64,000 bases of DNA from Stegostoma tigrinum (GCF_030684315.1 NC_081356.1:16579197-16643196); one strand, 5' to 3'. Positions 1 to 12,224 are shown, counted from the stretch's first letter. The notes: generated by a model from the letters alone, not told the origin. Numbers and translations: made by a program.

Positions 1-277
1 GCTGGTGAAGTCCACATTGATACCATTGGGCTGCAGGGTTCCCAAGCGGAATATGAGTTGCTGTTCCTGCAACGTTCGGGTGGCATCATTGTGGCACTGC
101 AGGAAGCCCATGGTGGACATGTCATTTAAGGAATGGGAGGGGGAGTGGAAATGGTTTGCGACTGGGAGGTGCAGTTGTTTATTGCGAACTGAGCTCTGAT
201 GAAGGGTCTAGGCCTTTTGTGCCCCTGAGATGCTGCTGGGCCTGCTGTATTCATCCAGCCTCACATTTTATTATCTT
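1..277 (-). mobile_element. Penelope-like element fragment (GIY-YIG C-terminus) joined to an inverted copy of its terminal repeat
   Basis: 1-194 is nearly identical to 12835-13025; 195-277 is the reverse complement of the terminal repeat at 12487-12580, with the cgaaacgtcagc part deleted. Confidence 0.85.
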
Positions 278-519
278 AGAAACGCAGATGGCAAGCTTGG
301 GTTCATGCTTACAGGCTGAGTGGCATCACACAATCTGAATTTGGTCTCCCCAGTGTAGAGAAGATTACATCATTAGCGGTGGATGCAGTGGCCTTAACTG
401 AAAGCAGTAAATCTTCATCTAAAAGAAATATATGGGTTGATGAGGAGAAAGGGATTAAGAGGGCAACAGTCAAATCACCTGCATTTACATCAAGTAGTGT
501 CATGGGAAGGTGACAACAA

Positions 520-885
520 GTTGGGATGGTGATGGCCTAGTGGCATTTTCACTGAATTGTTGATCCAGGGACACAGATAACATTCTGAGGGCCTGGGTTC
601 AAATCCTGCCATGGCAGATGGTGGAATTTCAACTCAATAAATAGCTGGAATTAAGAGTCTAACAATGACTATGAATCCATTGTTGCTTGTCAGGGGTAAA
701 AAAAAAACCATCTGGTTCATTAATGCCCTTTGGGGAATGAAACTGCCATCCTTACTTGGTCTGCCCTACATGTAACTCCAGCTCCACAGCAATGTGATTG
801 ACTCTTAACAGCGCCCTGGGCATTTAGGGATGGGCAATAAATGCTGCCTAGTCAGTGATGCCTTCATCCTGTGAATGAATAAAGG
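520..885 (+). mobile_element. tRNA-derived SINE
   Basis: A-box-like tggcctagtgg, B-box ggttcaaatcc, tail gtgaatgaataaa; reverse copy at about 58788-59080. Confidence 0.7.
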
Positions 886-982
886 AGTCGGATGTGATCG
901 AGGAATGGGCCCAGAGAAAATATTATTATAGTAACTAAATTTTCACATCAGCGAAGTCCTGCCCCGGACTTCTGGTACTCAC

Positions 983-1149
983 GTAATTACAACAGGTGCT
1001 ACTTTGTTGGTGATGATGGATTTTGCCAAGCCCGCCGCAGTGTTAATATCTTCAGAACGATTGTCAAATCCAGACAGTTTGGCATCCCTGTCACATGGTG
1101 CTTGGATAGCTGGTGCAGTCTGCTTGCTGGTACTGGCAGAGGTGCCCAT
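983..1149 (-). CDS. pald1: Paladin-family (PALD1 or paralog) first coding exon; gene continues left of the window
   Basis: The - strand translation MGTSASTSKQTAPAIQAPCDRDAKLSGFDNRSEDINTAAGLAKSIITNKVAPVVI(T) matches the PALD1 N-terminus I recall (MGTTASTAQQT...AKSIIPNKVAPVVIT), with an MGxxxS myristoylation motif. Acceptor gtttAG at 1163-1164, donor GTGAGT at 982-977. Confidence 0.88.
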
Positions 1150-1269
1150 AATCAATTAACAGCTAAACAACACAAGGTAACAAAAAGCAATTTCAGAACT
1201 GTGATTAAACGGTAATTCAGTTTCTCTAGTACAAATGGCAATAACTTTAAATTTGATTCAGTCATGAAT

Positions 1270-1930
1270 GGTAGCAGACGACTAACAGGAGGTGGATTCT
1301 CCACAAATATCTCCATCCTCAACAGTGGTAGAGCTCGGCACATCAGTGGAAGGGACAGTGCTGAAGCATTTTCCACAATTTTCAGCAGAAGTGCCAAATG
1401 GATGATCCATCTCGCACTCTTTCAGATATCTCCAGCATCACAGATACTAGTCTTCAACCAATTCAGTTCACCTCAGTTAACATAAAGAAATAGTACACTG
1501 CAAAAGCTATGGGTCCTGACAGCATTCCTGCAATAGTACTGAAGACCTGCTCCACAGCTAGCTGTGGTCCTTACCAGATTGTTCCAGTACATCTACAATT
1601 CTAACACCACTGGTGTGCAAAAAGCAGAACAAATTCAACCTAGCCAATTCTACCCTGCTCTGTCTACTCTCCATCATCAGTAAAGTGATGGAAGAATTCG
1701 TCGGCTGTGCTATGAAGTGGTACTTGTAAAAGAATAACCCACTTACTGATGTTCTCTTTGGATTCCACCAGGGCACTGAGCTCCAGACCTCACTACAGCC
1801 TTGGTCTCAACATAGTCAAAAGTGTTAACTCAAGAAGTGACTGCGCTTGATATCATGGCAGGATTTGAGTGAGTATGCCATCAAAGAGCCCAAGCCAGAC
1901 TGGAGTGCATGGGAATCCAGGAGAAATTAC
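1270..1930 (+). mobile_element. Degenerate CR1/L2-clade LINE RT fragment
   Basis: Encodes KAMGPDSIPAIVLKTC...LARLFQY...P+CLLSIISKVME...FGFHQG-like RT motifs, with frameshifts. Confidence 0.7.
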
Positions 1931-4674
1931 CCTGCTCTTTTTGCTCATTATGTATATGCTACCTTTAAGAGAGTTCATCTTTAATGACTCCATTTACTTT
2001 GTGATTATAATGTCGTAACTCTGCCTGGCAGTTAACCCTCTAGTTTTGCAAGTTACACACATAGAAATAGTTGGTTGCTGTCATATCTGCCTCATAGCTT
2101 GTAATTTGTTTACTGTTTTAAACAACCCACAAAGTTAATCAATACCTGATTTCTGGTTGATTACTAGATCAGAGGAAAACATGATGTTGATAAGACCCAT
2201 TATGCTCAGAAAGTCAAGTAAATTAACTTATGAACGAAACAAGTAGTCAGCAGTCTTAAATCATGCTGAAGTGCAGGAGAAAACACTTGATGTCTTTGTT
2301 CCAGTAACAGCATGATGATTTGCAGGCAATCCTTATTGAGAAGCTGGTTTAACTCACCTGAGAAATGTTAGTGTGCTGCCTCAACAGCAAGAAAGCATCA
2401 GTCATAAACATATTGTCAGAATGTCCACAAAATTCCCCTAGTCTAAACCAGGACACAACAAACTTCCAAACAGAATTTCAAATGTTTTAAATAACATTCA
2501 GAACTATGGTTTCTATTTTGGTTATGCCTGATGCGGAAAAGCCAGCCATTAAAATTTGCTTAGCAATTGGTAAGCCTACACAGATATGACACATGAGGAT
2601 TAACCACTGAAAGATCCTGAAAATGTATAGATTACAATGGATAACCAATTCAGAGCCAGATTAAGAATCCATATTATTTGACTAGAATTTATATAATTTC
2701 TGCAATCTATAGATTACTTAATTTGCAAATACTGGCAAAAGGGTTCACAATGTGATTTTTCACATACTAAGGTAGCAAACAGAATCGTTGATTTGAGGAT
2801 TGCATCCACCCAAATGGAAGCTTTGCAGAGCAGATACTGTTGGGTAGATGAAGGTACTCAGGTCAACAAACAAGACAAACTAGTACAAACTCAACAGTTA
2901 ACAATAATCACTAGAAAATCCGAACAGAGCAATATACTCGGAAGATGCAGCTTTCTGCACGCACCAAGGGAATGCTCAATTTTCAATCAATTTTGCAAGG
3001 CACATCGTAGAAAAGGTCACCACACTCTACAATGTGTTTGCAAAATGTCACATAATCTGTCCCCTGTCATCACTCACTGCAGTAGTGCGCTGGGAATTGA
3101 GCCCCACTATTCCTGGAGTCATCACAAACATGATAAATTAATCAACTATCCAAAGCCCCCGGTGTACCTGGCTGCTGTACTCCAGTTAAAGAAAATGCAC
3201 ACCAGATTTCTGTACTTAACAAGGTGGCAGCTATTTATCACAACCCAGTTGTTTCTAATCAGCCGCAGAAAGAAAAACTCAGAACTGCTGACTGATAACT
3301 CTCTATAACTAAACGCTCTATCTCTTTTAAAAGGATGCACAGCACATACCATCAGACATACGAAGAGACAAGACAAGACACAAGTATCACATAAAGAAGG
3401 CACAAAACAAAAAGTTAGTGAAGCACAGTTCTGGTAGGAATTTATCTTACTGCTTTACTCACAGTAGGGAGATATAGATACATTTGCTTATGCACCTGAA
3501 GATACCCCAAACACTTACCGCCCTTACCCTTCTAGATAGTAGTGCTCACGGGTTTGGAAGGTCCTGGCTAAGGAGCCTTGTTAAATTTCTACAGGGCACC
3601 ACGTAGATGGTATATGCTACTGCTACTGAGCATCAGGCTGTTAAAAGAAGCCAGGTAAAAATAAAGGATGCTCTGAAGATGATTTTGAAATTCTTACTAA
3701 ATATAGGCAAGGTATCAGACGACAGGATGTCTGTGCAAGTCAAATCATTACTATAAAAGAATGCACATGATAAGCCACAGTTTTCTGGGCCAATTACACT
3801 GAACTCACTAATGGGCAAGTTGCTAGAATCCAATGCTAAGAGATAGGATTAACTCTTACTTAGAAAAGCACAGATTAACAAGAGATAGTTGGAATGGTTT
3901 TGCTCAGTTTCTTAATCTATCAATATCACTTTATAATTTTATGCTTCTATTTACAATGCTTAATATATCACCTATACTTATGATATCAACTCATCTGGTT
4001 TTGTTGCTTTTCGTTCCATCATCCATATCATTAATGGTTATAATAATCTACTTCTTTAATCAGTCAACTCCTCTAAACTGTTCATACTGTCCTGCAGTTT
4101 CTTGCAGTTTTTTGACAGTCACTAGTTCGCCTAAAAATTGGTCTAAAACTCTTTCAGATTAAATGTCCTTCAGGTATCCTTGAGCACAGCACACTTACCT
4201 GAATCAACTTGGCCAATAGCAAGGTCCAATTATTACCTATTTCCATCCATTGCTTGTTTCAGAACACTTTCTCTTCACTTTGCTTGATGCAGAAAGATCT
4301 CGCTGGAATATTTCACATGAATGCAGTCACCGTACTCATTAAGTCACCTTTTGATATTTGAAGTTGCCTATTCTGAAAGTCTCACGTTTGCTAACTCTTG
4401 GATGATTGATTTCTCTGAATTGAAAATATGAACTACTTTTCAAGGCAATTTAACTGCAATATAATTAAAAAGGCCAAACTCCAAATCATTCAAATGTTTG
4501 TTGTCTTCTAAGATAAATTTACACACAGAATTTAAAGAGACTTCAAGTATATGTACGTACACAGAAGAATCGGATAAACTTAAACTTACAAGTGGTTTAA
4601 AAAAATAGTATAACTACAGCTATATTTGCATTGGTTTGTCATTCTAAACTGTACTTATAATGAAGAATAGAAAG

Positions 4675-5065
4675 GGAAAGGCTTGCATTTAGGGTTTCTC
4701 GCAATATTAGGATGTTCCACAGTGTTTTACAGCCAATTAAGTATTTTGATGAAATGTAGCAATTACTAGAAATTAGGACAGCCAATTCACAGATAGCAAG
4801 GTCCCATAAACTTCATGTTAGAATAGCCAGACATTCTTATTTAGTGACTAAGTGATTAGTTATAAGATGAATGTTGGTCATGAGAATAAAGAGAACTTCA
4901 CTATTATTCTTTGAAATAGCACGCCCTGATATTTTACATCCACCAAGTCGAGCGGATGGGGAACTAGTTGAATGTTTCATCCAAAAGATAGCAACTCCAA
5001 CAGTGCAACATTCCCTTAGCACTATACTGGAGTGTTGAACTAGACTTTGTGCTAATGCCTCTAGA
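4675..5065 (-). mobile_element. DeuSINE (AmnSINE1/SacSINE1-like)
   Basis: The reverse complement contains acactccagtatagtgctaagggaatgttgcactgttggagttgctatcttttggatgaaac, resembling the Deu-domain consensus as I recall it. Confidence 0.65.
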
Positions 5066-6776
5066 TGATTCCAGTATTATTCTCATAAGCACATCTTTTA
5101 ATGTCTCAACTGAGTCTAGTTCTGTTCCAATTTAATTTCTATGTTATAATTCATGCAGATTTTGTAATATTATTATCAAACAACAAAAATATATTTTTCT
5201 GTCACCTCTTTATACACCATACAAAGTTGTATATACATCCTAGATTTCTCATAGTAGGATAAAGGAGACATGAGTCACCTATGTAGCATCTTTAGAATCT
5301 ATGAAAGAAATTACTTAGTGTACTGTGTAGATTATAATTTGTATAGGTCTGGCACACATGAAAGTCCATTACTATCTTTAAGAGTTGCAGACTAACTGAC
5401 TAGATAAACTGAACCATGCATGGATATTCTGTTTCCTGTGGGGTGATTATCATATCTGAGCGGTCAGAGCATAGGCATGACTATAATAAGCAGGGTTCCA
5501 AATGGCACTGTTAAGTATAGAGGCCATGATGGACTTCCTTAAACCCGTCATTGAGACATTTTCCCCTCAACACTTTGATTAGTTGGTCAGAGTGAGTGTT
5601 CAATCCTCCTCCTTGGCATGGGTTTGAGCCTACAATTATCAGATGACGAAATCTACTTCAGAGAGTTCACTTTGTCCTAAACCGCCCTTTCCCAGTTTGC
5701 CATTCTGAAGCCACTTTGGCCTCTAACAGGTACTACTAACCAATATTATTCTTCTATAAATCAGACATAGAACTTACCCTGTTTTTAGCAGTTGGATACG
5801 CACTTACATGCACAAGCTGAACACCAGATTGAATGGATTGTTAACATTTGCCTATTGTGTATTCATTGATAACACTTTGCTCCCTCCATTTGTAGGCTAT
5901 GCCACCTCAGTGATAAAGCTCAATTGTTATTCCTATTGCAGATGCAGAAGGTGTATTCTGGCAACTGAACGAATTAATGTAAATGATTTTTTCCACCATT
6001 AAAAAATATCATCAGTCTATCCAATCAGAGAAGTAATTAGCAGCAAGCCTCAGAGACATAGTTCAGTAACTTAATCTCCTATAAAAAACACCAACAAGCC
6101 TGGACTTGCTTCAACAAGTCAGCAGTTTCCTTCAAGTGTCAGTAATAAGTGGCATCATGGCAACAATGCTTACAAAGAATGATTTCTGCTGCACTCAGAA
6201 AATATCTGACCAAGGGGCAAACCCTTTGAGAGTTATTTTAAAGTTCATACTCTGCTGGACAGGCATTTTATGCAACCTAATATCAGTAAAAGCAGCGTAA
6301 CATTTGGCTGAATCATTTAGATTCTAAACTACGTGGAATTACGAAATTTTTTTTTATGTGAATCTAGTATTTGGTGTTTTCAAATAGAATGAACTGTGTG
6401 TAACACAATATGATACAATATGATTGTAGATCAATGGATTACACTATATAGTGCAGCATGTAGGTTCCTTATTTTGGTTTATCAATGCTTTACACAGTAT
6501 GCCAGACGTTACATTATGTTCTGTACAGTTCACTTCTGTAGTATATTAATGTATATACATAAATTTGATTCACTATTATAACATCAATTCCTACCATCGA
6601 AACAATGCCAGATATAGGTTCACTCCTTTGGTATATTGATGCATTTAAACCATATAATGCTGGATAAAAGTTTACCCCTGTAATATATTAATGCATTACT
6701 TCACACAGTGCAGTATATAAACACAGTGCTTATATATACACAAAACAAACGCAAATGGTGAAACTATTTCAGTTGG

Positions 6777-6993
6777 GATGTGGAGATGCCGGTGTTGGGC
6801 AAGGGTGGAAGAAGTCAGAAATCACTCTACACCAGGTTACAGTACAAAATGTTTATCTGAAATCACAAGCTTTTGAAGCGCTGCTCCTTTATCAGTTGAA
6901 GTCCTTAACTTGACAAATGAGCAGCGCATCAAAAGCTTGTGATTTTAACTAAACCTGTTGGACTGTAGCCTGCTGTGAAGTGATTTCTAACTT
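6777..6993. mobile_element. Palindromic Penelope-derived element, family 2, with degenerate hammerhead cores
   Basis: Inverted arms of about 85 bp between 6812 and 6993; the left arm's reverse complement reads ctgataaaggagcagcgcttcaaaagcttgtg (CUGAnGA-stem-GAAA core with G>A/C>T decay). Confidence 0.7.
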
Positions 6994-6999
6994 AAAATA

Positions 7000-8330
7000 A
7001 TGTAGATTTTGGTAGAGTTAATAGATTAAGTTCGTTAGGGAGATAACATTTGCTGTGGATAAAGAGGAACAGGTGGATGCATCATTCGGTGCCATATTAA
7101 AGGTTATTGGGAAAATAAAGTCTCATGGTGTAGGGGTCGCGTGTTGGCACTGATCAAAGATTGGTTAGCAGGAAGCAGAGCATAGGTATAAATATTCTTT
7201 TTCAAATTGACAAGTTATGAGAAGTGCGTCACAATGATTGCTGCTGGGATCTCAGTTGTTTACAGCTTATATGAATGCCTTAGATTGAGGTTTCGGCTGC
7301 CAAATTTGCTGACAGCAGAAAGATAGGTAGTAATATAAGTTGTAAAGACGACATAAGGAAGCTACAAAAATATATAGATAAGTCACGAAAGTGGGCAAAT
7401 ACATGGTAAGTGGAGCATAATGTGGGAAGATGTGAAATTCCCTATTTTGACAGGAGAAATTTTAAAAAAGAATACTATCTATATAATGAGTGATTGTAGA
7501 GTTTGAAAATGCAGAGGGGTCTGGGTGACCTCATGCAAGGATTGTAAAAGGCAAGTATACAGGCATAATAAATAATTAGGAAGTAATAGAATGTTATCAT
7601 ATACCATGAGGAAAATTGAATAGAAAAGTAGGGAGGTCATGCTTGGGTTATACAAGGCATTGGTGATGCCTTATCTAGAACACTGTGCACAGTACTGGGC
7701 GCCGTATTTAAGGAAGGATGTAAATTCATAAATCGGGGTAGTTCAGAGAAGGTTCATCAGACTAATACTTGGAATGAGAGATAATGGGAACTGCAGATGC
7801 TGGAGAATCCAACATGATACAATGTGAGGCTGGATGAACACAGCAGGCCAAGCAGCATCTCAGGAGCACAAAAGCTGACGATTCGGGCCTAGACCCTTCA
7901 TCAGAGAGCTTGGCCTGCTGTGTTCATCCAGCCTCACATTGTATCATACTTGGAATGGTTGGGGTTGCCTTATGAGGAAAGATTAGACAGGCTAGGGCTG
8001 TATAAGACATGATTTGACTGAAGCGTATAAAATGCTGATGGTTCTTAAAAATGTAGTTGTGGACTGGAGGCTTCATCTTATAAGAGAATCTACAGCTAGA
8101 GGTAACAATTGAAAAATCAGGGTTGCCCTTTTAAAACAGGGAATGGGCAAAATGCTTTCTGTCAGAGAGTCATCGGTCCATGGGACTCACTTCCTTAAAA
8201 GGTGGTGGAAGCAGAATCTTTAATTTTTTTTCTAGCAGAGGTAGATAGAATTCTGCTAAGCAAGATGGTAAAAGCTTATCAGGAGTAGCCTCAAGGAACT
8301 GAATGGCCTAATCCTTCTTTTAATTAATAT
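7000..8330 (+). mobile_element. CR1 LINE 3' portion (RT end plus 3'UTR), interrupted at 7777-7945
   Basis: KFAD...KIG, LY+ALV..LE.C.Q.W.P.LRKD-like motifs; CR1 tail gaatggcctaatcctt. Confidence 0.8.
7777..7945. mobile_element. Short Penelope-derived hairpin insertion (family 1) with TSD
   Basis: Terminal repeat (- strand) followed by a partial inverted arm; flanked by atacttggaatg at 7765-7776 and 7946-7957. Confidence 0.88.
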
Positions 8331-9139
8331 AGCAAATGAAAGCAGTCAGATCAGTTTCCAATTGCTCTTCCAAATAGCTGGCACAATATGATGAGTCCGC
8401 TGCTGTAAGCTTCATGGTGATGCAACATTGGTTAACTTCCGTGGTATATAAACGCTTTGTGTCAACAGCAGTTCATTTCTCTCGCCCCTTAATGGACCAA
8501 GATACTTTGCCACAATATATGAATTTATACCAAAGATGACTGAAAGCTTTGTTGGCTGGGTTTTATACATCATCTTTAAAGAGAGAGGATTGGAATAGCA
8601 AAGATGTCTTGCAAGTGAATTTCAGGAGGGAATTTCAGAGCTATAGCATGTGGGACAATTGAAGATATGACTGCTAATGGTAGAGAAAAGGAAGTAAGAC
8701 ATAAGCAAGGGATCAGAATATGAAGTATGAATAATTCACAAAGGACAGAAGATGTTCAGGGTGTTCCAGAGATAAAGGGTAATGGATAGATTTAAATGCG
8801 GCTCCAACAATATAAAAAGCATTGCTGGATTGGGAGCCAAGGTATGTCAGTGACCATAGATTTACCCTAATTAAATGGCACAATAAGAATTACCAGGCAA
8901 GCCAAAGTTTAAAGTTCAAGTTACCATAGTCCTACCAGACCACAGGCTGCTCTCTCATTACAGGCAAGCTGATCACAGTCAAACACCACAAATTCCTGAA
9001 GCTAAGCCAGTATCATGAGGAAGTCGATACAGCTCAGCATCACTGGCATTTCTTATGAAAAAACCAGGATGTTATTCATGAACAAACACAAGGTGTGTTC
9101 ACCAAGAGACCAGGATTTTCAGGTGGTACTGTACACATA

Positions 9140-9760
9140 CATCTGTTGATATTCTCCCTCTAGTTGACAGAGGTTGCAGGCTTGGAAGGCACTATTAGAG
9201 GAGACATGATGAAATACTGCAGTGCGTCTTGCAGATGGTACACACTGTTACCACAGTAAAGCAAATGAAGTGCCAGTCGAGTGGGCTGTATTGTCCTGGA
9301 TAGTGCCAGGATTCTCAGGCATTTTTGAAGCTGCGCCAATCCAGACAATTGGGAGTATTCCACACACTCCTGACTCATGCCTTATAGATGGCAGACAGAC
9401 ATTGGGCAGACAGAATCAGCATTCCCTCTAATTTTCAACCCACTGCACATGTCTCCAAGGCCCACATGTGGCACAGTGACATCCTGAACTGGAATGCACA
9501 GCATTCGGTGTGCTGACGCCGATTGCTGTGCATGGAACATTGGTGTGGCTGTGGCACACACTGCCACACAGCTTAGAGGGGAACATTGGTCAGGATGTGC
9601 TGCAGGATTCTTAGCCTCTGACATGCTGTTGTAGCCACAGGAATTGTACGGCCAGCCCAGTTCAGATTCTGGTCAATGGTGACCGCAGGATGTTTGTAAG
9701 TGGGGGATTCAGTGACAGTGATGCTTTTGAACAGCGCATTATCAATTAGTAATTTTGTGA
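9140..9760 (-). mobile_element. CR1/L2-clade LINE fragment with an internal insertion at about 9420-9605
   Basis: The - strand reads VTIDQNLNWAGRTIPVATTACQRL and SQECVEYSQLSGLAQLQ, typical of the end of a LINE RT. Confidence 0.6.
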
Positions 9761-10130
9761 TGTGCATCTCAAATTAATGAAATATATTTGCATCATTATT
9801 AAAGGAAGCTAACCAGAATAGTGCATGAATTGAAGGATTTAGGAAGCATAATATCTGCACGGGGAAGGTTGAACAAATAAATAAGAACAAGGATAACATA
9901 GGGAAGGTTGCACCAAATTTTTTTCCCCTTATCAACCTGCTCAGTGATGTTGTTACATGCCTCTGGAGCAGATGGGAATTGATCCCAGGTCTATGTCATT
10001 TTGAAGGTTAAGCCACTACCACAACAACCATAAGACGGCCCAAGTGAAGATTGTATTTGGTAAGTTGCAAATCCGAAAGCTAACTAGCCAATTCAAAAAC
10101 TTATTTGCAAAGAACTGGACTTGGATTGTT

Positions 10131-10356
10131 TCAGAGATAAAGGGAACTGCAGATGCTGGAGAATCCGAGATAACAAAGTGTGAAGCTGGATGAACACAGC
10201 AGGCCAAGCAGCATCTCAGGAGCACAAAAGCTGACGTTTCGGGCCTAGACCCTCTGTCTCTGATGAAGGGTCTAGGCCCGAAACGTCAGCTTTTGTGCTC
10301 CTGAGATGCTGCTTGGCCTGCTGTGTTCATCCAGCTTCACACTTTGTTATCTCGGA
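10131..10356. mobile_element. Near-perfect palindromic Penelope-derived element (family 1) with an intact hammerhead core
   Basis: Arms of about 90 bp (tccgagataacaaagtgtgaagctgg...gggcctagaccct and its exact reverse complement); TSD ggacttg/cgattgtt at 10117-10130 and 10354-10367. Confidence 0.9.
10258..10290 (+). ncRNA. Minimal type I hammerhead ribozyme motif
   Basis: CT-CTGATGA-A-GGGT(CTAG)GCCC-GAAA-CGTC^AG: conserved core, 4-bp stem II, palindromic ACGT in place of stem III; predicted cleavage after 10287. Confidence 0.7.
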
Positions 10357-11036
10357 CTTCGATTGTTGTTTTGTCTGATTGTCAGAATTGGACCTTACAT
10401 AAGGAGGCAACCACTCGCTAAATAATTTTGCAATGTGAGATGAAATTCTGGGGAGAGTCAATGAAGAAATCAATTTGTTGAACATAATTATGAACAAGGA
10501 GAGTATGTTTGGAATACGTTGGAAGAGAAAATTGCCTTGTATTGTGGGACGTTTCCGAGGAAAAGAGAAAGGTGTAACTACTCAAGGTTGTATAATGCAA
10601 TCTAATGCATTTTCAGTCTCCACTTTGTGATACAACTGTACATGTTTTGATATAACTACACTTAGTAATCAAATAACCACGGTATGATTTGGTAATTCAA
10701 TTCCCTTTACCTAATTATAAATATTTTTCTGAACTAATTGAACTTTATGTAAAATATGTCATTGACACATTGTTATCAGAAGGCCAACAGCGTCCAAATG
10801 TCATTGATCCTTCAATGCACAAAGCGAAAAGAAACGAATGAGCCTTACTAATTGGCATTTATTGATGTCCGGCCCTCATACAATTGTGGCGAATGGTGGG
10901 TTTCTTTAGAAATCGGGTCTAATGAGTGAGACTATATGAAAGGCGCGACACTGTTTCCTGTTATGGATTTTTTTTTCCATTTAGTTGGCTGCTAGCTTGG
11001 ATCAGCCAAGGACAAGGGGGACACGCGGAAAAGAAA

Positions 11037-11121
11037 ATGGGCTGGATTATTTTTAAATGGCTGCTCCTGGGGATCTGTACGAACTGCTTGATTCTTTCTG
11101 ACAGAAATGTTAATATTGTGG
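11037..11121 (+). CDS. lrp13: lrp13 exon 1: signal peptide
   Basis: aaaATGG Kozak context; MGWIIFKWLLLGICTNCLILSDRNVNIV hydrophobic leader; donor G|GTAAGT, phase 1. Confidence 0.8.
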
Positions 11122-11351
11122 GTAAGTTGCTAAAGTTGAGCTAATGAGATCGTCAATTCCTCGGCATTGAAGGTAATTGACTTTAGTGTATGTTGGTGAG
11201 GTTTTTAAAACCTGGGTGTGTTTTAATGTAACCTAACTTCTCTTGCGCTCGCAATGAGATTTCAGTAGTTGTGTGGTTGAATGGCGCTTCGCTGTGTGAG
11301 CGCGCACGTTATCCTTGTGGTTTCCTCGCTGACTCTCGGCTTGGCCTGCAG

Positions 11352-11465
11352 ATGGGGATCGGTGCCGACTATTTTGGCAGACACCCTGTGGAGATGGCTG
11401 TGCCCCAGTGTCTTGGCTGTGTGATGGAGATGATGATTGTCCTGGTGGTGTAGACGAACAATGCG
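11352..11465 (+). CDS. lrp13: lrp13 exon 2: LDLa 1
   Basis: ctgcag acceptor; DGDRCRLFWQTPCGDGCAPVSWLCDGDDDCPGGVDEQC; donor gtgag. Confidence 0.92.
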
Positions 11466-12224
11466 GTGAGATCACTTGCTGTTCTGTAAACGTATAACTG
11501 GGAGGGTGGGAGAGGTTCATAACGGAGATGAACCCCTGTCCCATCAATTTCATGAGGTTGTTTAAACAACTCGGTATGACCTGTTTGAAGCTGATGGGAC
11601 TTTGACCTGGGATTGTTTGGTCCAGAGGTAGTCACAGCAGTGTGACACTTTACTAGAAAAGTGTTTAGGATCACATCAAGAGGAAGGATGTGATTGGTGA
11701 AGCAAGCAACAGCCAGTATAGAAGTATGGAAGGGTGTGGGTTGAATGAAGCTGAGTAAAACTAAGGCAGACACAATAATTAGCTAACAACCTCATGTTGC
11801 TGGTGAGGCCCATTTATCTCAACTAGCTTGCTGGTACTACTATGGGCAATTAATCAATTGCTGCTGGAGACTTGAGTGACATGTCAGATGCTTTATGTTG
11901 AAGCTGGTGCTATTCATCCTGAGGGTTTTACTAAATCCAGCAGTAATTACACAATTTGTAATGCTAGTTTTTTGTACTTTGTCTGTTTTATTAATGGAAT
12001 GTCAACTTCCCAATGACTAGATTGCTTTGAATTTTTGAACCTTGATCACCAGCCTAAGTATTCTTATCTTCCTTCCCTCCTCTTTCCCCCCCCCCCCCCC
12101 CCCAACACTTCAGCATGTGCTGAAGTACTATTGCCAGTGGACTTTTAGCTTTACTGAAACATTTCTCGCTCTCGTGGGAATTGCTTTTGGACGCAGACCT
12201 GCAACTTTCTCAGAGCAAGGGAAG

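Larger units (their letters stand above)
10780..11520 (+). promoter_or_regulatory. Relatively CpG-retaining promoter/first-exon region of lrp13
   Basis: Many CpGs (ggcgcgac, acacgcgg, gagcgcgcacg) against a strongly CpG-depleted gene body; ATTGG (reverse CCAAT) near 10851. Confidence 0.45.

Noticed and set aside
2793-3308. 171-aa ORF
   Set aside because: No recognisable domain; it lies in AT-rich, probably decayed repeat sequence with no splice support.
3505-5810. Minus-strand donor-like sites (cttacc/cttac at about 3514, 4194, 5773, 5803) as paladin 5'UTR exon ends
   Set aside because: Cannot choose among them without transcript data.
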